Assembly (NCBI GenBank): GCA_964608025.1
Contig: CAZSLO010000012.1
Span: forward strand, 6,347 to 70,346
Direction of reading: 5' to 3'
DNA: 64,000 nt
Source of the DNA: an uncultured Dehalococcoidia bacterium
GTDB lineage: Bacteria; Chloroflexota; Dehalococcoidia; Lucifugimonadales; CAJWER01
A program made the translations under genes and the position numbers. Shown piece by piece: positions 1 to 8,242 of the stretch (within the stretch, counting starts at the first letter, position 1; every line of letters starts with the position of its first letter). Under the pieces are notes generated by a model that did not search any database, was not told the DNA's origin, and was given only the letters and a program-made list of their open reading frames with translations.

Positions 1-89
1 ATAGGCAGTTGGGCAAATTAAGGCAGGTGAGCGGAGAAGGGTCTGTAGATGAAGTAAGCGGGTCTATAATGGTTGCACTGAGTACCTGA
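1..89 (+). CDS. adk: adenylate kinase, C-terminal end (partial; gene starts upstream of window)
   Basis: Frame 3 reads ...GKLRQVSGEGSVDEVSGSIMVALST and stops at TGA 87-89. This resembles the Adk C-terminus and sits in the canonical adk-map-infA position. Confidence 0.5.
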   Translation, partial: RQLGKLRQVSGEGSVDEVSGSIMVALST

Positions 90-222
90 GAGCCCGTTAG
101 ATTAGGGGCCGAGGCCTATATGGTTATGCTACCATATTATATGTTACGGGTAGAGATATAGAGGAATTGGGAGTTTAGGAATCGAACAGCTATCTTCTGT
201 AGGAGGAATTAACCAATCGGGC

Positions 223-960
223 GTGTTGATAAAATCCGCTTCGGAATTGTGTCATATGCGACAGGCCGGGCTTATTGTTCGGGCTACAAAGGTAAAGATT
301 AAAGATGCTATCACGCCAGGTGTCTCGACAGAAGAACTAGATAGTATGGCAGAGAAAGAGATTAGAAAGCTTGGAGGACTCCCATCTTTTAAGGGACTAT
401 ATGGTTTCCCGGCCACGATTTGTGCTTCGCTCAACGAAGAAATCGTGCATGGGATCCCATCCAAACGAAAAATTAGGTCAGGAGACATAGTTAGTATCGA
501 TGTTGGGGCCGTTGTTGAGGGATTTCACTCAGATAGTGCTTTTACTGTTGCGGTTGGGAAGGTGAGTCAACGGAACCAAGCCTTGATTGATGATACAGCA
601 GAGTCGTTAAGACAAGGGATACAACAAGCGAAATCAGGTGCCAGAGTGGGAGACATATCGGCAGCTATACAGGATTATGCGGAACGAAGAGGCTATGGTG
701 TTGTAAGGCAATATGTCGGTCATGGTGTTGGCAGGGCTCTTCATGAAGAACCCCAGATACCAAATTATGGTATTGCTGGAAGGGGCCCGCTCCTAAAGGA
801 AGGAATGACGATTGCGATAGAGCCTATGTTAAATCTGGGCAGTTGGGAAACTAAGGTACAAGATGATAATTGGACTGTGGTTACAGCTGATGGCGAATTG
901 TCCGCTCATTTTGAAGATACTATCGCTATAACAAATGTCGGGGCCGAGATACTAACATAG
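223..960 (+). CDS. map: type I methionine aminopeptidase
   Basis: 245 aa with MetAP metal-ligand context ([38 protein letters not shown]). GTG start, AGGAGG at 201-206. Confidence 0.95.
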   Translation: MLIKSASELCHMRQAGLIVRATKVKIKDAITPGVSTEELDSMAEKEIRKLGGLPSFKGLYGFPATICASLNEEIVHGIPSKRKIRSGDIVSIDVGAVVEGFHSDSAFTVAVGKVSQRNQALIDDTAESLRQGIQQAKSGARVGDISAAIQDYAERRGYGVVRQYVGHGVGRALHEEPQIPNYGIAGRGPLLKEGMTIAIEPMLNLGSWETKVQDDNWTVVTADGELSAHFEDTIAITNVGAEILT

Positions 961-967
961 GAAAAAT

Positions 968-1231
968 TTGGCAAAGAAAGAAGGAATAGAGGTTGAGGGC
1001 GTCGTTTCCGAATCGCTGAGGGATGCAACCTTCAGGGTAGAATTAGCTAATGGATATGAAGTGATGGCTAAGATTTCCGGCAGGCTTCGGGTGAATTATA
1101 TACGCATTTTGCCTGGAGATAGAGTTCTAGTGGAACTCTCACCCTACGATTTAACACGAGGCAGGATCACATATAGATTTTCCACCGGGGCTCCAAGAGG
1201 GTCGGGTGGGCCGCCAAATAGGAGGCGATAG
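968..1231 (+). CDS. infA: translation initiation factor IF-1, with an unusual 16-aa C-terminal tail
   Basis: [13 protein letters not shown]...[26 protein letters not shown] is a canonical IF-1 S1 fold. The ORF then continues [19 protein letters not shown] start. Confidence 0.93.
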   Translation: MAKKEGIEVEGVVSESLRDATFRVELANGYEVMAKISGRLRVNYIRILPGDRVLVELSPYDLTRGRITYRFSTGAPRGSGGPPNRRR

Positions 1232-1233
1232 CG

Positions 1234-1347
1234 ATGAAAGTCGCGGCATCGGTCAAGAAACGATGTACTAAGTGTAGGATAGTTAGGCGAAGAGGGCGTG
1301 TCATGGTTATCTGCGATAATTTACGCCACAAGCAACGTCAAGGTTAA
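1234..1347 (+). CDS. rpmJ: 50S ribosomal protein L36 (zinc-binding form)
   Basis: Absent from the ORF track because it is under 60 aa. ATG at 1234 gives [37 protein letters not shown] (37 aa) with TAA at 1345-1347. GGAGG lies 8 nt upstream inside the infA tail. Confidence 0.93.
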   Translation: MKVAASVKKRCTKCRIVRRRGRVMVICDNLRHKQRQG

Positions 1348-1373
1348 ACTAAATAAATTTCGGGAGGACCTAA

Positions 1374-1760
1374 ATGGCGATCGTTTCGGGAGTGAATATC
1401 CCTGACGACAAGCGTGTAGAGATATCTTTGCAACAAATATATGGTATTGGCCTTACACAGGCAAAAGATGTCGTGGAAAAAGCAGGCATTGTTGGTAATC
1501 CACATGTACGTGATCTGGCTGAAGCAGATTTAACTCGGATCAGGGAAATCATAGATAGAGAAAAGAGTGTAGAGGGAGATCTGCGTCGCGAGGTTAACAT
1601 GAATATCCGGCGTCTAATAGATATAGGAAGTTATCGAGGATTAAGGCACCGCAGGGGACTTCCAGTTAGAGGACAGCGGACTCGTACCAATGCGCGTGCT
1701 AAAAGACCTAAGAGGATACCGGTAGCGGGACGACGTCAAGCGTCGACTACCACGACATAG
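1374..1760 (+). CDS. rpsM: 30S ribosomal protein S13
   Basis: 128 aa, MAIVSGVNIP..., SYRGLRHRRGLPVRGQRTRTNAR motif, conserved operon position. Confidence 0.96.
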   Translation: MAIVSGVNIPDDKRVEISLQQIYGIGLTQAKDVVEKAGIVGNPHVRDLAEADLTRIREIIDREKSVEGDLRREVNMNIRRLIDIGSYRGLRHRRGLPVRGQRTRTNARAKRPKRIPVAGRRQASTTTT

Positions 1761-1772
1761 GAGTCAATTTAG

Positions 1773-2159
1773 ATGGCAAGAAATCCACGCACGAGACGTA
1801 GACAACGAAAGAATGTGCCTGTAGGGAGGGCTTATATACAGGCTACTTTTAATAATACTGTTATTACGCTGACTGATCCTCAGGGTAATACCATCGCATG
1901 GGGTAGTGCTGGTACGGCAGGGTTTGAAGGATCCCGCAAATCAACTGCATTTGCGGCCCAGCGGGCAGCAGATGCGGCCGCTCGAAAAGGACTCGAACAA
2001 GGGCTTAGACAAGTTGAAGCATTTGTAAGAGGCCCTGGTGCTGGTAGAGAGGCAGCTATAAGGACATTGCAAGCAGCAGGTATGAGAGTTACTAGTATAC
2101 GCGACGTGACACCGATTCCACACAATGGATGTAGGCCACGCAAAAGACGTAGAGTCTAG
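1773..2159 (+). CDS. rpsK: 30S ribosomal protein S11
   Basis: 128 aa, [18 protein letters not shown]..., [37 protein letters not shown]. Confidence 0.96.
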   Translation: MARNPRTRRRQRKNVPVGRAYIQATFNNTVITLTDPQGNTIAWGSAGTAGFEGSRKSTAFAAQRAADAAARKGLEQGLRQVEAFVRGPGAGREAAIRTLQAAGMRVTSIRDVTPIPHNGCRPRKRRRV

Positions 2160-2219
2160 GCAGGTTTTCTTTGTGACAAAATTCCACCCATTGGCATATA
2201 AGACGAGGATAAAATAAGA

Positions 2220-2849
2220 ATGGCACGATATACTGATCCAGCTTGTAGAAAGTGCCGCAGAATAGGCGAAAAGCTCTTTTTGAAAGGTGATAGATGCTAT
2301 ACGTCTAAGTGCGGTGTAGAGCGCCGTAAGCGTCCTCCCGGAGACCAGATCCCGAGACGCAGGCGATTGTCGGATTGGGCAATGCAACTCAGAGAGAAAC
2401 AGAAAGCACGTTTTACCTATGGAGTGCTGGAACGGCAATTTCTTGGATACTACAAAATAGCAAAGGATCAGTCCGGATCCACTGGAGACATTCTTCTTCA
2501 ACTTTTGGAAACACGGCTCGATAATGTCGTATTCAGACTCTCGTTTGTAGATTCACGTAGACAAGCGAGACAGTTGATCAACCATGGACATATGACAGTT
2601 AATGGTAAGCGTATGGACGTCCCTTCTTACATTGTGAAATCTGGGGATAAGATCGCATGGAAAGCAGTAGGGGAGACAAAACCAGGTTTCATAGATGCGC
2701 TGACAGATGGAATACCGAGACGCCCAGTCCCTAGCTGGCTCAACCTAGACCCCGATGCGCTTACAGGACAAGTCGTAGGAATACCAGAGGTGTCAGAGAT
2801 CGATACCGGGATTGATTCCAGAATGATAGTCGAATTCTATTCCAGATAA
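2220..2849 (+). CDS. rpsD: 30S ribosomal protein S4 (four-Cys zinc-ribbon form)
   Basis: 209 aa, MARYTDPACRKCRRIGEKLFLKGDRCYTSKC, S4 RNA-binding domain RLDNVVFRL...RQARQLINHGH. Confidence 0.96.
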   Translation: MARYTDPACRKCRRIGEKLFLKGDRCYTSKCGVERRKRPPGDQIPRRRRLSDWAMQLREKQKARFTYGVLERQFLGYYKIAKDQSGSTGDILLQLLETRLDNVVFRLSFVDSRRQARQLINHGHMTVNGKRMDVPSYIVKSGDKIAWKAVGETKPGFIDALTDGIPRRPVPSWLNLDPDALTGQVVGIPEVSEIDTGIDSRMIVEFYSR

Positions 2850-2880
2850 ATTCAGAGGGACTGTTTGTCCATATACTAAA

Positions 2881-2914
2881 GGGTTCACATAGATCGGAGT
2901 GAACCCAGTTTTGT
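2881..2914 (+). terminator. intra-operon hairpin with a short T run between rpsD and rpoA (possible attenuator or partial terminator)
   Basis: GGGTTCAC (2881-2888) pairs with GTGAACCC (2899-2906) around a 10-nt loop, followed by AGTTTTGT. Confidence 0.35.
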
Positions 2915-2939
2915 ACGAGAAGATAGGAGATTTAGCCAT

Positions 2940-4061
2940 ATGCTTAATTTTCAAGAGTTCACTTCACCTGAAACCCATGAAGATGAACCAGAACCTATTC
3001 CGTCCCCTACGATAGTTATACCTGATTCCGATGGACGGTATGGCAAATATGTTGCCGAGCCCCTGCCTAGAGGCTATGCAACGACACTTGGTAATGCTTT
3101 ACGTCGCGTTCTCTACAATTCATTGCCAGGTACGGCTGTGACTTGGGTAAAAATAGAAGGAATTCTTCACGAGTATGCGACTCTGCCGCATATTAAGGAA
3201 GAAGTATCCGAAATATTGCTTAATATTAAGGGTATCAGGATAAGGTCGGATGTCGAAAGATCGGGCAAGATTCGTCTTGAAGTAGCTGGTAGAGGTGAAG
3301 TATCTGCCGGAGATATCATGGCTACTTCAGATTATGAAATTATTAATCCTGAATTGCATATTGCGACATTAGATTCCGACGAGGCTAGTCTCTCGATCGA
3401 ATTCAATGTTGAACGTGGGGTTTCTTATCAAGAAGCGACTGTTGGTGATGGATTACCTATTGGAGTCCTTCCTGTAGACGCAGTTTATAGTCCTGTTAGG
3501 AAAGTGAACTATCGGAAAGATACTGTAAGAATAGGACAGAAAACGGATCTTGAACGCCTTACTATTGAGATATGGACAGATGGAACTATTACTCCGATTA
3601 ACGCTTTACAGCAAGCAGGCAACATCTTGGTTACACATTTCTTCCTGTTCGCTAATGCAGAACGTGTGATCGAGGGTGGGGAAGAGGGGTCACCCATAGC
3701 TCTCAAGATATCTCCAGATATTTACAGCGTTACTGTAGAGAGCCTAAACTTATCGGCGCGAAGCTTGAATTGTTTGAAGCGTGCTAGTCTCGATCAAGTT
3801 GGACAAATCCTAGAGATGAAGCCTGCAGATTTGCTTGAGATCCGCAATTTCGGAGAAAAATCACTTCATGAATTGTATGATCGGCTCAGAGAAATGGATC
3901 TGATCCCGCCAGAACTAGAGGCGGATTTACAAATAGAAGAAACTTCAGAAGTTACTAAAACTACAACTGATAATAATGAGGAAGAAGCGAAAAAAACTGA
4001 TGATACAGAGCTTAATGTAGACGCTATATTCTCCGAGATCGAAGGCCTAGGGGACGAATGA
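2940..4061 (+). CDS. rpoA: DNA-directed RNA polymerase subunit alpha, with N-terminal and C-terminal acidic extensions
   Basis: 373 aa. [37 protein letters not shown] helix-hairpin-helix region [24 protein letters not shown]...[14 protein letters not shown] 9 nt upstream. Confidence 0.95.
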   Translation: MLNFQEFTSPETHEDEPEPIPSPTIVIPDSDGRYGKYVAEPLPRGYATTLGNALRRVLYNSLPGTAVTWVKIEGILHEYATLPHIKEEVSEILLNIKGIRIRSDVERSGKIRLEVAGRGEVSAGDIMATSDYEIINPELHIATLDSDEASLSIEFNVERGVSYQEATVGDGLPIGVLPVDAVYSPVRKVNYRKDTVRIGQKTDLERLTIEIWTDGTITPINALQQAGNILVTHFFLFANAERVIEGGEEGSPIALKISPDIYSVTVESLNLSARSLNCLKRASLDQVGQILEMKPADLLEIRNFGEKSLHELYDRLREMDLIPPELEADLQIEETSEVTKTTTDNNEEEAKKTDDTELNVDAIFSEIEGLGDE

Positions 4062-4414
4062 TGAGACATAGACTATCTGGAAGAAAACTCTCCCGGCCAA
4101 CCGCCCATAGGATGTCGATGTTACGTACTGCTGTAACCGACCTCTTGAAAAATGAATCTGTTCGTACCACGGGACCCAAAGCTAAGGAAATTCGGAAACT
4201 TGCCGAAAAGACCATTACGCGAGGGAAAAAGGGAGATCTTCATAACAGGAGAATGGCTTCGGCGTTTCTCACTGATGAAAGCGTTGTCCGTAAACTGTTT
4301 GATGAACTAGGACCTCGTTATCAAGATCGGAGCGGCGGCTACACTCGTATAATGAAACTTGGTGCACGCAAAGGAGATGCGGCCGAAATGGCAATTATCG
4401 AATTGGTGCCTTAA
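4058..4414 (+). CDS. rplQ: 50S ribosomal protein L17
   Basis: 118 aa, [17 protein letters not shown]..., GGYTRI motif, ATGA overlap with the rpoA stop. Confidence 0.96.
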   Translation: MMRHRLSGRKLSRPTAHRMSMLRTAVTDLLKNESVRTTGPKAKEIRKLAEKTITRGKKGDLHNRRMASAFLTDESVVRKLFDELGPRYQDRSGGYTRIMKLGARKGDAAEMAIIELVP

Positions 4415-4430
4415 TTTCTGGAGTCGTTTT

Positions 4431-5192
4431 ATGAAGTTGGCATTAATAGTGGAGTACGACGGCACAAACTACGGAGGATTCCAATACCAGCATAATGCAA
4501 ATTCAATTCAGGAGGAACTAGAGAAGGCAATTACAAGGCTTACCAAGGAAACAATACGGATCAACGGTGCGGGCAGAACAGATGCAGGTGTCCACGCTAA
4601 AGGTCAGGTTGTAGCGTTTGATACTAAGGTTTCCTATGATCCAATGATCTATGTGAAAGCGCTAAACCATTACCTGCCGGTTGATATCGCGATCAAGGAT
4701 GCATATCAAGTAGGTGTTGAATTCGATCCGCGTCGTATGGCCGAGAGTCGACTATATGAATATACGCTGCAGCTTGCGGCTACTCGGTCGCCATTAACTA
4801 GACAAAAGGTCTATTGGTCTTCATTGGATCTGGATGTAAGTGCAATGCGCCGAGCTGCTAAATTTTTTGTCGGCACTCACGATTTTGGTAAGTTTAGCTC
4901 GTCGATGAAAAAGCCTACTTATAGTACAGTGAGACAAATATTCAAATCTCAGATTAGACAATCAGGTAATATTGTACGATACCAAGTACGAGGAAATGCT
5001 TTTTTGCATCGGCAGGTGAGACGAATGGCTGGTGCATTAGTCGATGTAGGAAGAGGAATATTGAAGGGAGACGATCTTAGGAGGATGCTTAGTGGAGAAG
5101 ATACAGGATCTTCGGCTCGTACTTTGCCTGCCCGCGGCCTGTGTCTTATTGAAGTTACATACCCTGGATTTCCACCTAGTGCGGTGAAATAG
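4431..5192 (+). CDS. truA: tRNA pseudouridine(38-40) synthase TruA
   Basis: [20 protein letters not shown]..., catalytic [18 protein letters not shown] chose the ATG at 4431 over the longer ORF from 4359, which overlaps rplQ. Confidence 0.92.
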   Translation: MKLALIVEYDGTNYGGFQYQHNANSIQEELEKAITRLTKETIRINGAGRTDAGVHAKGQVVAFDTKVSYDPMIYVKALNHYLPVDIAIKDAYQVGVEFDPRRMAESRLYEYTLQLAATRSPLTRQKVYWSSLDLDVSAMRRAAKFFVGTHDFGKFSSSMKKPTYSTVRQIFKSQIRQSGNIVRYQVRGNAFLHRQVRRMAGALVDVGRGILKGDDLRRMLSGEDTGSSARTLPARGLCLIEVTYPGFPPSAVK

Positions 5193-5194
5193 AT

Positions 5195-5665
5195 ATGACA
5201 ACCAAAATAAATAGATCAAAGAAACTAACAAGGTCTGAGATGTGGCATGTAATTGATGCAAATGGCAAGACACTTGGGCGCCTTGCCAGCGAAATTGCCG
5301 TTCTCCTGCAAGGAAAACATAGTCCTAATTATGTGAAGTATCTCAACACTGGAGATTTTGTAATAGTTATTAATGCAGAGAAGATAAAAGTTACGGGTAA
5401 CAAGTTAGAAAAGAAGATTTATTATCGCCATAGTGGCTATCATGGCGGGCTGACCGAACAAACCCTGGCAACCGTTTTAAAGAAACACCCAACGCGGGTT
5501 TTACGTGGAGCGATCAAGGGTATGCTTCCGAAGAATACCCTAGGTCGTAAAATGCTTTCCCGTCTCAAGGTATATTCCGGAGAAAGACATCCTCATGAGG
5601 CACAGGTTAGGGGTATTACGAAACTCAAAGAGCCTTCTGGAGAGAATGGGAAAAAGGAGTCTTAG
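5195..5665 (+). CDS. rplM: 50S ribosomal protein L13
   Basis: 156 aa, [16 protein letters not shown]..., [23 protein letters not shown]. Confidence 0.96.
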   Translation: MTTKINRSKKLTRSEMWHVIDANGKTLGRLASEIAVLLQGKHSPNYVKYLNTGDFVIVINAEKIKVTGNKLEKKIYYRHSGYHGGLTEQTLATVLKKHPTRVLRGAIKGMLPKNTLGRKMLSRLKVYSGERHPHEAQVRGITKLKEPSGENGKKES

Positions 5666-6061
5666 TTGACACAGCAACAATATCATTACGGGACAGGTCG
5701 TAGAAAGACAGCCGTTGCCCGCGTAAGGCTCTATTCAGAGCGTGGTACGAATACAGTTAATGGGAAGCCCATGGAAGAAGTTTTCAACTGGAAATCTTGG
5801 CAAGATGAGGTGCTGGAGCCATTTAATGTGACCAATACTTTAGGCCAGTTTAGAGTGGTGGCCAAGGTAACAGGTGGTGGTATTGTTGGTCAGGCGGGTG
5901 CAATGAGACATGGTATTTCAAGAGCTCTTCTTGAAGCGGATCCACAATTACGCCCGACTCTCAAGAAAGCAGGCCTGCTAACGCGAGATGCTAGAGAGAA
6001 AGAAAGCAAGAAATATGGTCTCAAACGTGCTCGTAAAGCTGAGCAGTGGACCAAGCGCTAG
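5666..6061 (+). CDS. rpsI: 30S ribosomal protein S9
   Basis: 131 aa, GTGRRKTAVARVRL..., GGGIVGQAGAMRHGISRAL, ends KRARKAEQWTKR. TTG start directly after the rplM stop. Confidence 0.95.
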   Translation: MTQQQYHYGTGRRKTAVARVRLYSERGTNTVNGKPMEEVFNWKSWQDEVLEPFNVTNTLGQFRVVAKVTGGGIVGQAGAMRHGISRALLEADPQLRPTLKKAGLLTRDAREKESKKYGLKRARKAEQWTKR

Positions 6062-6066
6062 GATTG

Positions 6067-7266
6067 TTACCGGAGATCAAGTTGGTGGTGCTTACCCTCG
6101 GTCTTAATTGAAGGTGCAATCACGATATTGGACGAATGCATATCTCGTATGTTGAAAGCTCCGATCATGCCCATGCAAACTTCCAAGGCTCCCATGAGAT
6201 TTTGAGTTCCGTCAGTTTTTGATGTAGGGCCAAATAGGATCTCCTTTAAGGAGCCTTTTACATCCACATCCACTCTGACCCCTCTAGGCAATGCAGGGTG
6301 AGGACTCGCCATACCCCAATTATGCCCTTTACCTGGGGCCTCCCTGGACTGTGCAAGGGGGGTACCTATCATTACTGCATCTGCACCACAGGCGAATGCT
6401 TTACAGAGGTCCCCTCCCGTTCTTATCCCGCCATCGGTTATTATAGGAACATACCGCCCTGTTCGACGCTGGTACTCATTTCTGGCTGCAGCACAATCAA
6501 TTGTCGCTGTTACCTGTGGCACTCCTACCCCAGTCACTTCTCGTGTAGTACAAGCTGCTCCAGGCCCGACTCCAACTAACACTCCGTGAATTCCCGTTTC
6601 CATTAGTTCAAGCGCAACATCATAGGAGACGCAGTTCCCTACTAGAACAGGTACGTTGATTATCTCCAAAAGGTCAGAGAAGACGAGACCACGTTTACTG
6701 TTTGAAACGTGTTTAGCTGTCGTAACCGTTGATTGGACAACAATGGTGTCTGCGCCAGCCTCTACTGCTATAGGTGCTAACCATTTCGTGTTAGCTGGTG
6801 TGATAGAAACGGCGCAAAGCGCACCTTTTGATTTGATCTCTTGTACCCGATCTCCTACGAGAGATTCCCTAATTGGGGCGGTGTATGCTTTTTGGAGGAT
6901 TTCGGTTGCGTCTTCTTTTTTGGCATCCGCGATTTCGTTCAAGATCTCGCCTGGATCGTCGTACCTAGTTTGAACACCTTCCAGGTTCATCACAGCCAAC
7001 CCGCCCATCTCGTAGAATTTGATGGCGAATGCAGGCGATACGATCGCATCCATGCCAGCTGCCAAAATGGGCGTTGACATGGTCATCCCGTCAATGGAGA
7101 AATCTGTATTTACCTGACTAGGGTTAAGTGTGACTGTGCCAGGGGCAATAGCGATCTCATCGAATCCATAGGCACGCCTTAACTCTTTAAATTTAGGTGA
7201 TGCCACGCCTAGTTCTACCCCCTTAACATCGACCGGATTATAGTAAAGTTCTGAAGGTTCAGTCAA
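6067..7266 (-). CDS. IMP dehydrogenase family protein lacking the CBS pair (GuaB3-like TIM barrel)
   Basis: 399 aa. IMPDH-like active-site loop [20 protein letters not shown] and [11 protein letters not shown] phosphate site. About 90 aa shorter than canonical GuaB, with no CBS-like segment visible. Confidence 0.8.
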   Translation of the reverse strand: MTEPSELYYNPVDVKGVELGVASPKFKELRRAYGFDEIAIAPGTVTLNPSQVNTDFSIDGMTMSTPILAAGMDAIVSPAFAIKFYEMGGLAVMNLEGVQTRYDDPGEILNEIADAKKEDATEILQKAYTAPIRESLVGDRVQEIKSKGALCAVSITPANTKWLAPIAVEAGADTIVVQSTVTTAKHVSNSKRGLVFSDLLEIINVPVLVGNCVSYDVALELMETGIHGVLVGVGPGAACTTREVTGVGVPQVTATIDCAAARNEYQRRTGRYVPIITDGGIRTGGDLCKAFACGADAVMIGTPLAQSREAPGKGHNWGMASPHPALPRGVRVDVDVKGSLKEILFGPTSKTDGTQNLMGALEVCMGMIGAFNIRDMHSSNIVIAPSIKTEGKHHQLDLR

Positions 7267-7390
7267 GAAAATATAGGATTATGTTTATAGTCCACAAATG
7301 CCGGTGTTCCCTTACTCCCAGACTATCAAGATCGTTAGTGAATGTTTTAAATCTCTATAAATTTGACTATTCCCTGCCCGCAAATGTTAC

Positions 7391-8242
7391 CTAATTATTA
7401 AGGGCCGCAAGTAGTCTTTGGTCATGGAATAAATAATGGTTGGCATATCCAGCACAGTTTCCGAAGTAGGCCATTGCCCATAATCTCATTTTTTTACGGG
7501 AAATTTTGTCGTCTCCGAGATACCATTTTTGTAAGGCTTTATCTATCCAGGTATCAACCGGAAATGCTTCTGGTTTATCTAGAGAGAAGAGGAGTACGCA
7601 ATTTGCGACCTTGTCTCCTACCCCATCGAGCATAGTCAAATGCTCCAATGCCTCATCGTACGGCATTTCGTATAGGGCCATAAGGTCGATATTTCCTGAA
7701 TCCACCATCCGGGCGGTGGAAACTACGTAATCAGCCCGGTACCCTAGTCCAAGATCCCTTAGGGATTCGTTAGTACTTCTAGCAAGTTCCACTGGCGTGG
7801 GAAATGTGTGTCTCATGTATCCATCCATAAAAATCTCATTGCCAAATGCTGTGCACAATGATTCGATATTATTTGTGATACGGGTTATGTTTGAAGCGGA
7901 AGAACAGATGAATGATATTAGGCATTCCCACGGATCTTGGGCCAATATCCTCATGCCATGGTGGCGTGATATTGCTTCCGTAAGCCTGTCATCAAATGAC
8001 ATAGATGTATAGAGCTCCTCCAGATCTGTGTTGAGGCCGAGGTAGTTTCTCAGTTTTGGCTCAAGTACAGAGTCTTTCTCAGGCCCTGCCATGAATTCAA
8101 TGCCAGAAGGAGTTTCTTTTAGCCAAACTATGTTTCCTGATACAACGCCCTTGAACCAGCCGTCTTCGGCACGCCACCGAAAGGCTTGCCCGCTAAACAG
8201 GGTGTTTTTAAGATCGAGCGGTCCCCTGTGATTTAGAATCAC
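7391..8242 (-). CDS. ogg: 8-oxoguanine DNA glycosylase/AP lyase (OGG1-type, HhH-GPD)
   Basis: 283 aa. N-terminal LFSGQAFRW. HhH-GPD LDGVGDKVANCVLLFSL...FPVDTW, which includes the catalytic Lys and Asp context. GTG start overlaps the dinG stop (GTGA). Confidence 0.85.
   Translation of the reverse strand: MILNHRGPLDLKNTLFSGQAFRWRAEDGWFKGVVSGNIVWLKETPSGIEFMAGPEKDSVLEPKLRNYLGLNTDLEELYTSMSFDDRLTEAISRHHGMRILAQDPWECLISFICSSASNITRITNNIESLCTAFGNEIFMDGYMRHTFPTPVELARSTNESLRDLGLGYRADYVVSTARMVDSGNIDLMALYEMPYDEALEHLTMLDGVGDKVANCVLLFSLDKPEAFPVDTWIDKALQKWYLGDDKISRKKMRLWAMAYFGNCAGYANHYLFHDQRLLAALNN

Noticed and set aside
1941-2501. 186-aa minus-strand ORF spanning the rpsK-rpsD junction.
   Set aside because: Antisense to two highly conserved ribosomal protein genes. 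Cys/Ser-rich nonsense composition.
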